A DNA stretch of 64,000 nucleotides from Podarcis liolepis (Eukaryota): assembly GCA_965112155.1 (NCBI GenBank), contig OZ218112.1. One strand, written 5' to 3'. The position numbers and the translations under genes are program-made. Under the pieces are notes generated by a model, which worked only from the letters and a program-made list of their open reading frames with translations, was not told the origin of the DNA and made no database searches. This document shows positions 25,405-36,964 of the stretch, piece after piece; the first letter of the stretch is position 1; every line of letters begins with the position of its first letter.

Positions 25405-26311
25405 GGTGTCAGTATTCAGTACTGGTGAGTACCACCACAAAAACAAAACAAAAACTGAGTACAACTCCCAGCAAAGCACGAGTATGTTGCGTTTAGCCTG
25501 CACTGCTGTGAATACACCCTGCACTGCTTGTAGTACCAGGTATTGGGTTCCCATACCCCAACCCATGCAAATAAGAGACCAATGAGGCTGGTATTTGGAT
25601 CTAAGCAGGCCACAACTTTGTTGAATACAGATGAAAGAGGTTTGGCTTGGGCATGGGACAATCAAAATACTTCCGGCAAGGGGTGGATCTGAGGGAAGCC
25701 TACCTGCTCCGTCGGCTCCACCCCCTAATGCAGCCCAAGCCCCATCCTGCATCCCCATTAGCCTGGTGCAGGCTAGGATCCAGTTCCTGATAGGCAGAGG
25801 GGGGTTAGGCCCCCACCGCCTATCAGGAAGGGCACCACTGTTCCAGTTCCCTCGTCAGGGTAAAGCCTCTGGGGTCCTGCAATGCCGCAGCACTGAAAGG
25901 GGTGAGGGACTTGCAGATTCCAGTCTTCACTATTCACTACAACCACATTTCATCACTTAGCTCTCTCAATTTTCTGGGTTAAGTGTTATCCCCACCCCAC
26001 CCCCGGAAGCAATAAACATGGAAATGAGGACTAAGCTTCCACTAGATTCTGCTAGATTTCCAGAACTGGCTTTTATGTTCTGTGAAAGCTCAAATATAAT
26101 GTGGAAATTTACAGTTAGGGAAACAGAATAAACTGCCGTGTGAATGCAGTCATAAATGTACTAAATAAATACAATATCACCTTTCAATTAAAAATAAAGG
26201 CCTCAGTGTGAAATTCAAGTTCTGGAAATCATTCTGTTGCTTAATGTCGGTCAAGATCTTTTCAGCATAAAACCTCAGTGTTAACACCATGGGCTAACTC
26301 ATTCTGAGAAA

Positions 26312-28584
26312 GCCAAGTTAGATCTGGTCCTAACCAATGTTGATGACCTGGTTAGTGGGGTAGAAGTGGAAGGATCATTAGGCGCGAGTGATCATGCTCT
26401 TCTGAAGTTTACTATACAGCGGAAAGGAGCAGCCAAGCATACTAGGACTCAATTTCTTGACTTTAAGAAAGCCGACTTCATAAAACTTAGGGAAGTGCTG
26501 GGTGAGATCCCATGGACAGTAATACTAAAAGGAAAGAGAGTTCATGATGGCTGGGAGTTTGTTAAGAGGGAGATAGTAAAAGCACAACTTCAGGCAATAC
26601 CAATGAGACGGAAACATGGAAGGTGCCTAAAGAAGCCAGGGTGGCTATCTAAAGAACTTTTAACTGAGTTAAGATTAAAAAAGGATGTGTATAAAAAATG
26701 GAAAAGGGGGGAAACCACCAAAGAGGAATTCAAACAAATAGCCAGCACATGTAGACACAAAGTCAGAAAAGCTAAAGCACAGAATGAACTCAGGCTTGCT
26801 AGAGAGGTTAAAAGCAACAAAAAAGGCTTTTATGGGTATGTCCGTAGCAAAAGGAAGAACAAAGAAAGAGTGGGGTCACTCAGGGGAGAAGATGGTGAAA
26901 TGCAAACAGGGGACACAGAAAGGGCTGGACTCCTCAATGCCTTCTTTGCCTCAGTCTTCTCTGATAAAGAAAACTATGCCCGACCTGAAGAATTTGGAGC
27001 AAATGATTCAGCAGAGGAAACACAGCCCAGAATAACTAAGGAGATAGTACAAGAATACTTGGCTAGTTTAGATGTATTCAAGTCTCCAGGGCCAGATGAA
27101 CTGCATCCAAGAGTATTAAAAGAACTGGCAGATGTGATCTCAGAACCACTGGCAGTCATCTTTGAGAATTCCTGGAGAACAGGCGAAGTCCCGGCAGACT
27201 GGAGGAGGGCAAATGTTGTCCCTATTTTCAAAAAGGGGGAAAGAGAGGACCCAAATAATTATCGCCCAGTCAGTCTGACATCAATACCAGGGAAGATTCT
27301 GGAGCAGATCATTAAGCAAACAGTCTGTGAGCACCTAGAAAGGAATGCTGTGATCACCAATAGTCAGCATGGATTTCTGAAAAATAAGTCATGTCAGACT
27401 AACCTGACCTTGTTTTTTGACAGAATTACAAGCCTGGTAGATGAAGGGAACGCAGTGGATGTAGCCTACCTTGATTTCAGCAAGGCATTCGACAAGGTGC
27501 CCCATGATATTCTTGTAAACAAGCTGGTAAAATGCGGTCTTGACTATGCTACCACTCAGTGGATTTGTAACTGGCTGACTGACCGAACCCAAAGGGTGCT
27601 CATCAATGGTTCCTCTTCATCTTGGAGAAGAGTGACTAGTGGGGTGCCACAGGGTTCTGTCTTGGGCCCGGTCTTATTCAACATCTTTATCAACGACTTG
27701 GATGATGGACTCAAGGGCATCCTGATCAAATTTGCAGATGACACCAAACTGGGAGGGGTGGCTAACACCCCAGAGGACAGGATCACACTTCAAAACGACC
27801 TTGACAGATTAGAGAACTGGGCCAAAACAAACAAGATGAACTTTTTTGCACTTGGGCAAAAAAAATGAGAGGCACAAATACAAGATGGGTGACACCTGGC
27901 TTGAGAGCAGTACATGTGAAAAGGATGTAGGAGTCTTGGTTGACCACAAACTTGACGTGAGCCAACAGTGTGACACGGCAGCTGAAAAAGCCAATGCAAT
28001 TCTGGGCTGCATCAATAGGAGTATAGCATCTAGATCAAGGGAAGTAATAGTGCCACTGTATTCTGCTCTGGTCAGACCTCACCTGGAGTACTGTGTCCAG
28101 CTCTGGGCATCACAGTTCAAGAAGGACACTGACAAACTGGAACATGTCCAGAGGAGGGCAACCAAAATGGTCAAAGGTCTGGAAACGATGCCTTATGAGG
28201 AACGGCTAAGGGAGCTGGGCATGTTTAGCCTGGAGAAGAGGTTAAGGGGTGATATGATAGTCATGTTCAAATATATAAAAGGATGTCATATAGAGGAGGG
28301 AGAAAGGTTGTTTTCTGCTGCTCCAGAGAAGCGGACACGGAGCAATGGATCCAAACTACAAGAAAGAAGATTCCACCTAAACATTAGGAAGAACTTCCTG
28401 ACAGTAAGAGCTGTTTGACAGTGGAATTTGCTGCCAAGGAGTGTGGTGGAGTCTCCTCCTTTGGAGGTCTTTAAGCAGAGGCTTGACAACCATATGTCAG
28501 GAGTGCTCTGATGGTGTTTCCTGCTTGGCAGGGGGTTGGACTCGATGACCCTTGTGGTCTATTCCAACTCTATGATTCTATGAT
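26312..28584 (+). mobile_element. 5'-truncated CR1 LINE, young
   Basis: ORF2 starts in the endonuclease C-terminus (LDLVLTN...SDH) and includes the full RT. 3' UTR ends in '(t)ctatgat' repeats typical of CR1. Confidence 0.97.
26366..28511 (+). pseudogene. CR1 ORF2 reverse transcriptase, disrupted
   Basis: [46 protein letters not shown]. Frameshifting deletion near 27843 and a premature TGA at 28416-18; the frame continues QWNLLPRSVVESPPLEVFKQRLD to a stop at 28509-11. Confidence 0.95.
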
Positions 28585-29723
28585 TTGGCTTGATAGATAT
28601 TGCCTTTCACGCAACAAAGATGATATTGGCAGAAGGGAAAATGCAATGTCAGTTGCACTTTTGTCTCGCTTTGTTTGCTTGTTTCTGCACTATACATAAT
28701 GGTTAGAGTTGGAGATCTATTGGCAAGAATTCCTGACAATTAAATGGAAGCCTGTGGGTGGGGGTGGGAGTACCACAGAGACTAGAAGTTGTTCACTGCT
28801 TATTTATATTACAGTTCAGGGATTTCACTAGTCATTAGAATGGTGCAATGCTCCCAACGGTGTACAGCAGTTATCATCTTCACACCGCGATCATAGAAAG
28901 CAATGGCATAACATTTTTTCCAGTCTGGTTACATCCCCAGGTAGACATGCTGAGGGCTGACACTTGCAAAAAGGAACTGACATTTGTGTGGCTAATTAGC
29001 ATTCATTTACCCTTAGGCTTTGCCCAAAGTGAGAGAGAGGAAAAAGCCCCTCATAGTGTTGTCTTAATGACAGCTATACAAATTTCGAACTCTGATATTA
29101 ATGGGAAGTAATTACTCAGCTTCTCTGCTAAACAGTTTGTAAACTAGCTAGCAACTATGATACTACCAATTAACTGTAAATTAAAGGAGTGGGGAAAATG
29201 GGTTTTTCCATTTGAATTCCAAGCCCCCACCCTAAATAAATCATCATCATCATGTTTTATCCAAGTAAGTCTATAGAGTAGATCCATTGAAATGAATGTA
29301 AGTTAGTAATGCCCATTCATTTCAATGGTTCTGCTCTGAGGAGGACTAGTGCTGGATACAACCTATTATTATTATTTCTCAGGCACCTTTTCCCATATCT
29401 ATATCTACACACACACACAATCATTATCTATATCTATATATATATCATTACATATAATGCACAAATATATTTACAAACAGAAAAACAGAACTAGTTACCT
29501 ATATAATCCAAAATAATCATTTCCCACAAAAATGACACAATCAATATCTGCACAATCAATAATGAAAGATTGTCAAAAACTGAATAAAAAGGTTTTCTTG
29601 TGGGCTTTTTTTTTAAGTACTTCAAAGAACTATCCAAAGTGTTTGAGTAGAGATGATGGTGAGACCCAAGCTCCATTTGCACTATACATTTAAAGCAGTT
29701 TCTTACCATATTATTATGAATTT

Positions 29724-30185
29724 TGTGTGGGGTAGGTTGTTTGCCTGGGTGCCCTTTAATTCCTGAAAAAGCCAGAATAGCTTCTTGGTGAGCTGAGCCT
29801 AGATAACAGGCCATTAAGGGAACAAAGAAAGTGGCTCTGTTCTAGATGACAAATGGGTGGGATCACTCCCTCAACTGCCTGCTGGTTAGAAATACAAAAG
29901 CCAGAGTTGAGAGTTGAATGATGTGAGCTAGAAGCTGGAAGCAACAAGCTAGGGAGTGAGAAATTCAGAGTAATGCTTGATTTCTGTTTGAATATAATAC
30001 TATGGCCATTGGAGAAGCAAGGCTCTCTTGAGGTGTCAATGCTGTGAACCCCTCCATCGTAGGCTCAGGTTGTATATGTGTTAAATAAACCAAATATCAT
30101 AAAGACACCACAGTTTCCATTGTCACTCATTCTGAAGGAGCCCCTGGAATCTTGCGCCTCTCAGAGATTGGGGTAGCAAGCAACA
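29724..30185 (+). mobile_element. LTR-like repeat, probable solo LTR, copy 2
   Basis: 'aataaac...taaagacaccacagtttcca' (30100-30119) and 'gagattggggt...gcaaca' end. 5' boundary approximate. Confidence 0.55.
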
Positions 30186-33100
30186 ATGTGAAACATTCAT
30201 GGTTTCCCCAAGAATCCTGGGAACTGTAAGTTCCCTAAGGATGCTGAGACTTGTTAGGATACCCTTATTCTCTCCACAGTGCTACACTTCTGAGTGGTTT
30301 AAACAATCAGCCTCTCTTCCTACAGGTGTGTGCACACTTTTCCAACCACGCCCTGCTCCCTTGGCACCCCATATACCATATACTTCCACCCCAAGCAGCT
30401 TTGCTGGGTTTTCATGGGCAGTTCTTCTGCCTTTGAAACTGCATGCCAACACATTTCCTGACTTGCTCTGGTGGCTTATAGAAGAGCAGTTTGCATGCTA
30501 AACTTTTTTTTTATCCTTTAATAACATTTCCCCAAAGTTATAAACCCTTGAGGTTGTGGCAAGAAAAACAACACTTTCAATAATAATAAAAAATAGTGAC
30601 AGAGGTTTAACTCCACTTTTGTGAGTTGTGACATTATAATTACAGGTAAGAATCTATTGAAGTAAACACTTCATTTGTGCAAGCATCAGCCTTCACAAAA
30701 GTATGTTGCAGTGCTGACATTTCAGCACAAGGCAATAGGCTGACAACAGGACTGACTGACAACAAGCCACTCTACGGCAGAGAAAGAGGGAACAACACAG
30801 AGACAAATGGCTTTTAAGCACATAGATGTATGGATTTTCCTTTCTCCTTCCTCTTTCTCTGCCCTCCAGGATAAAATGGTTAACAAGGGCAATTAAGCGA
30901 GGCAGGCCCATCGTGCTATCTTTAATTAACCCCTGTGTCTGAATTGTCACTAGCGGAGGCAGGAGAGTGGGTCATATTCATCTGATGGCTAGAGCCCAAA
31001 CAAGAGCAAAAGGAAGTGATGGAATACCGCTGCCTCTCCATGTAACCTAGAACTAGAGATTGCTAAGAAATTCATTTTTTATTTTTATTTTTTGCATTTT
31101 AATGAGAAACTACCTAATACAGCTATCCTTCAAAATTCTCACCTCTCTGAATTTTCTTATGTGGTTCATTCTCCAACAAAAGAATGAGTACAAAAAATGC
31201 ATACATTATAGGAAAATGTGCCTAAGAATATTATATTAAGAAAAAAAACATGTGGGAAATTAAATACAATCTCCATTCCATACAATTCAAAATTTAAAAC
31301 AATAAAATACAATATAAGAACTAAAAGAAGCAATAAAAATACAATGACTATTTCAACTGGGCATGCCATGGGCCACTTGAAACAGAACACAAACCAGTGG
31401 TGGTTCATGAACCACAGATTGGGAACTCCTGGGATAGTTCATTTTATGTTTTGGAATCTTAACCAGGGATAATGCAACAGACCACATTTAGTGTTAACCT
31501 TTGGATAATATCAGCCTTCCCCATCCTAGTGCCCTCCACATATTGCAGAACTGCAAACCCCCATCAGTCCTGCTCATGGAGCTGGAGCATATGGAAACTG
31601 GAATCTGGCACCATTTGGAGGTCACCAGTTTGGGGGAGGCTGAATAAAAGTTGTTTACCAGGGTAGTGACAAAGTCACTCAAAGAGTTTCCTGTTTGATC
31701 AAGTATTATAACACGGTTCCCTGCAACTGAACATCGTACCATACCAATCCTCTGAAAACTCAGCAGGGGCTTTTACCCTTGCTGTCAGTATGAGTACTTA
31801 CACACAGAAGGGAAAAAATGAACACAAAACCCATTAAGGCAACATGGGCCTGAACTATTGTGGGGAGGGGGAAAGCAATTGTAATAACCTGAAACTATTG
31901 TCTTATCCTTTTGACCTTAAAGGTTCATAGCCATTTCTCCATACAGCAAAAAAATAACCTGAAACATTCCATCTTCCTATGACATGACGAATGAGCTTCG
32001 ATTAACAGCAGCTAAAAGAAGAAAAAGCCACTAATGTGTTTTATACAGTCACTGATCAGTTCCTGACATGTAATATTTCATTGGTTTGAAGACATTAAGA
32101 GATGTTGTGTACCTAGAAACAACAGCTTGCATGATGGTACATCTATCATTACATGTGTCATAAAAACAAGGAGGACATAAATTTGTTTCTGCCTGTTAAA
32201 GTCTAATTACCTGTAAAATCATTACTTGGCACTTTAGCAAATTGACACAATCAAGTTAATGATCCTCAACATACTAAAAAACTCACAACGTGTTTCCTGC
32301 TTGCTCACATGCCCTCAAATGCCAAAACATGTTTGCTGGGACAGATGACATCATATGCACAACTGTGTCGTTTCTAAATACAGAGGCAGGACCACACCAA
32401 CTGAGGACAAGTGACTGCATCTCCAATCAGTGTGAGAGACAGATGTATGAATGTGCTCCTTCCAGTGGTATGCAAGTATGGTTCCACCAGATGCATTGCT
32501 TATTTTCTTCTTTCTGTCATAGATTTGGCAGCAAGGTCATTTGTGAACGTGAGAAATACCGAAAAAGTGGAAGAAGTGTCTGTGAAGACCATCTCAGCTA
32601 AGGTAAAGCAATGTAGAAAACTCAGGGATGGGGAGGCTCAAAAGCTGGGATCTGCCCAGCATCTGTGAAGGTATGATATTGCTACTAGCAATATATAAAA
32701 ATTTATATATAAAACCTCTAAGCAGCAATATGAACAAACTACTTCACACCTGCCTCTCCTCGCAAGGGGGCAGCAACAATCCATCAGGTGTAGTTGAGTC
32801 AGTGGTGCCAGGAGTACATGGCCACTGGGTATCCATGCTAGCCTCCATAACCAGGTCCCCTGTAGGAGACAGAACTACTCACCCCACACTAATTGTAGCT
32901 AAGAATGGGTCAAAAGTAACTGCACACAAGCTGTCATCTCACTTGCAGGTGGTGGATTGAGAATCACAGTTTTGAGGGTCATGGTTAGACCTCACTGGTT
33001 GAGAAAAGGTGAAGCTTTTGACATGTCTTACTTGTTCTTTCTTTCTTTAAAGCCTCTTAACATTTTTTTAAATTTAAAGACGGTCTATTGTAAATGAAGA

Positions 33101-34286
33101 CAGCAAGCAGAGATGAACTTTTCTCCATGGGTAAGAAGGGGAGTGGGGTTTTTTTGGACAATGATGGCAATGGCGGCATTAACAGTGGGTGTCTCTTTTA
33201 CACCTGTGAAATGGTAAGACAGCATGGAAGGAGAGAGGGAGGAATTTAAAATTAGGAATTTCCTAGTTTCTAACATGCACTGGTATCAACTGCCAAAGAT
33301 AACAACCCTGTTCAGTTGATCATCTAAGCCAGTATTTTTGTGCCCCCTAGATAATCAGTGATTATAGGAGTTATAACCCAACAACACCTGAAATGCTGAT
33401 CTAAACCATGGTTGCAGTGATCACAAATGATCCCGCAAAAGCTTCAGGCTTACATGCTCCACTCTCCTGTACCTTCACACTTTCAGTTTAGAACAAACTT
33501 ACAGAACTGCTTTGTTCTAACTTCAGTTAGTTAATAAGCCATGGTTAGAACAAACACAGTTCCCTGAGTTCATAATAGGGAACTGTGGTTTGCTCAAAAG
33601 TGAAACCAAAGCAAAGGAAGAGGATGGGGAGGGGAGTACAGGATCCTCAGGCATGTAAAGTCTTTCATAATAATTAAAGTGATGGTTTGGCTAATCTGAA
33701 TTGGGTCATTATTTTGGGAGGGAGCGGCTGCAATGACGGAAATCAGGGATGGGGAACCTGTGGCACCCCAATTGTTGTTGGACTCCAGATGGTATCAACC
33801 GCAACCAGCATGGCCAGTGGTCAAGGATGGTAGGAGTTGCAGCCTAGCAATTTCCAGAACTCCACAGCTTCCTTGCCCCTGACTCACATTGCTAATATAT
33901 TCTGTTAGAATATATTTTAGTAGCTACAAGTGTAAGAAGGAAATTGTTGTAAGACAGTCTGAAGTGACAGGAGCATGGAACAACATGTTGAAAAGCATAA
34001 AGTGAATATTGTCTTGGTGCCTGAACAATATTATTAGCATCTGACACTAAAGATATGCCGCCAGCTTTTTAATCTTCCTTTTTATTTGCATTGCTTACCA
34101 AAGGGAAGCTGTCAGACAAAATGAGATGACTGAAATGCCAGAATGTTTCTCCCCCACTTACCCCCAAAATGAAATTATTGAATAGTCTTCACCTAGTTTT
34201 CTGACACATTTTAAATGGAAATCAGTTAACACACTTAGTGATTGATACAGACAGAACTTCAGAACACATAATAGAACATTATGACC

Positions 34287-34289
<3 letters not shown>

Positions 34290-34319
<30 letters not shown>
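34290..34319. repeat. (TA)n microsatellite
   Basis: Directly visible perfect TA run. Confidence 0.95.
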
Positions 34320-34323
<4 letters not shown>

Positions 34324-35362
34324 TGAAGGAAGCACTGCATTAAAGAAGACAGCCAAGATTTAATAGAACACAAGGGGCATAATAACAAAATTAGCAATTA
34401 TATGAAGCTTATTTGTACAGTCTGGTGGTCTGCTCATAAGTTATATTGAATTCAATGCAACTTATTCCCAGGTTCTCCATCCTGTCCAGACTACTCAAAT
34501 GCAATCTATGTAGGTCTGTCCTTGGACAGGAAGCTTCATCTTGTGTGGAATGTGACTGCTATCTTAATTAGGGGGTGGTGGCCATTATGTGTCGCTGGTT
34601 CTTATAGTGCTGCACTGTCTGCCAGTGAGCTACTGGGCCCAATTAAATGTCCTATTACTGTGTATAAACCCCTAAACAGCTTGGGAGCCAAGTATCAAAA
34701 CTAGCAAGTCTCCTGTATCAAACACCTTGTACCCTACAACCAGCATGTGAGGCCTTGTTTGTAGTTCTGCTGCTGTCTGTTGCCTAGCCAGCAATGATCC
34801 ATGGCAGAGCCATGCCAGTGGTGACTCCTAATTTGTGTAATGTTCTTTATGGTGAAGTGTACCTGTCTTTCTCATTATTAACATTCAGGAGGGATTAAAA
34901 AGCATTTCTGTTCATTCAGGCAACTGATGTCTGAAATATAATTTTCCCGCCAAGCTTGAAATTATTAACTTTGAGGAAACTTTGGGAACTGTAGCTCTGT
35001 GAAGGGGATATGCGCCTCCTAATAACTCTTAGTAACCTTAACAAACCACATTTCCCAGAATTCTTTGGGGAGGGGTGGGGAACCATGTCTGTTAAAAGTG
35101 GTCTGAGACTACTTTAAGTGTATCATGCAGATGGGACCCAGGAAGATGGAAAGACAGTTTAAATTACTTTCTAAAAAGTTAGGTGTAACTGTTTATTTTA
35201 AATATAAAGCACAGTCTTGAGCTTTTGAAGTCAGCTGTCTTAACAATACCAACAATGATGGTGGGGGTGGAGGTGGTAATAAGCACGAGGAATTATTTTC
35301 CCATGCTGCCTCTGGAAGGCAGATAATCTCTTCCTACAATTATTAGCTTTTCACTCACTAAA

Positions 35363-35498
35363 CAGGCTTCCTCAGCCTCAGCCCTCCAGATGTTCTGAGA
35401 CTACAATTCCCATCATCCCTGACCACTGGTCCTGCTAGCTAGGGATCATGGGAGTTGTAGACCAAAAACATTTGGAGGGCTGAGGCTGAGGAAGCCTG
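35363..35498. mobile_element. Palindromic hAT-like MITE, 136 bp (decayed relatives near 715-830, 7188-7325, 33745-33880, 48215-48320)
   Basis: Perfect 26-bp TIR caggcttcctcagcctcagccctcca; the interior is also self-complementary; 'cactaaa' is repeated on both flanks. Confidence 0.88.
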
Positions 35499-36726
35499 CA
35501 CTAAAGTATGGTTGCTTTGCCACACAGGCATTCCTTCAGTTTTTCATTCCTTATCCTCCAAGAATGATCCACATTCTGTGGCCACTGAGCTCAGCCTTCA
35601 TTGGTCTACTTTGGGGCTTGCCTCCCTCATTTTTCCCCTAAATATTTGTTGTACTTCTTAGGGCTCCTCCCTCCCAAGCCTTCTGATAGCCCCCTCCTGT
35701 CTTTCCATTTTAGGTAAGTATGCAATGGCACTCATACTATGAACACTGGAAATAGAAGGAATGATATGTTTGAGCTACTGGATTCTGAAAGCAAGGTCTG
35801 ATGTGTTAAATCGGCGCTAATACTGGTCAGATAAAATGCCATGCTGGGGTAGGGATGTGGTGTAAATGAAATTCCATTAAGATCTAAAAGTGAATCTATC
35901 TAATTTGCCTTTCCTGAAGTGACATGTAAACAGAAATGCAGCCTTTCCTCAAAATTTGCACTTTTCTGAATTTTGCAATACAGTTGCCTAATTACCTAGC
36001 ATTTACAAAAATGCAAACACTGGGGTAAAGTGTACAGAAAAATGCATGTAAGTGAAAACAGCATAAAAATGTAGGTGGCTCTCACAACAGTTGTTACCTT
36101 TGCACCATCCTTCTGGACCAGATAAATATTCAGTGCTAAGAAGGAAAAACTTGAAACATGCATCCCTGCAAACATATAGATTTGCAGTGAGAGAAAACCA
36201 GGAAATAATGTTAGATGCCTGAAGAGGGATCAAGAATCCAGCCTTGTGGTTCAATAGGTTTCAAAAGTTTCCCTCCGGCTCTGCAATAAGTTATTTATAA
36301 GGGCTGTTAATACCACTGTTTGTTTTGGAAACAAGTGCATTATGAATATTCATTCCAACCAGTTTCTAATTGTGAACCACTTACATGATTGGCTTGATGC
36401 ATATCAAAATGATCTGAGATTTGTTTAACTAAATGCCCCTGGCTTAAAAACTTTCCATGACCAGGAAAGTTAACAGATTTCTCAGATTGGAAATGTGTCC
36501 CTTAAAAAAATTATATTTAGAGAAATAGAAAGGGCAAAAGGAGAGTGAAATGATTTTTATTATATATCACATTTGTATCCCAACCTTTATCTAATTAGCT
36601 CAAGCCCCACTGTCCTGTTCCCATGCCCCCTCTTAGATTAGACTGAGAGAGAGCTGACTTGCCCAGCAAGACCAACTAGCAAGTTTCATGGCTGATCAGG
36701 ATTTGAATTCAGGTCTCTAGAGTTTG

Positions 36727-36964
36727 CCAACCTAGCAGTTTGAAAGCACATCAAAGTGCAAGTAGATAAATAGGTACCGCTCTGGTGGGAAGGTAAACGG
36801 CGTTTCTGTGCGCTGCTCTGGTTCACCAGAAGCGGCTTAGTCATACTGGGCACATGACCCAGAAGCTGTACGCCGGCTCCCTCGGCCAATAAAGTGAGAT
36901 GAGCGTCACAACCCCAGAGTCGGCCACGACTAGACCTAATGGTCAGGGGTCCCTTTACCTTTTA
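36727..36964 (+). mobile_element. 5'-truncated Sauria SINE inserted in an older minus-strand SINE
   Basis: Sauria body and 'ccctttaccttttac' tail; 12-bp TSD ctctagagtttg at 36715-36726 and 36965-36976. Confidence 0.92.

Noticed and set aside
26310-28591. aagccaa / ttggctt inverted 7-mers flanking the CR1
   Set aside because: Too short to be significant, and LINEs do not have TIRs. No real TSD was found.
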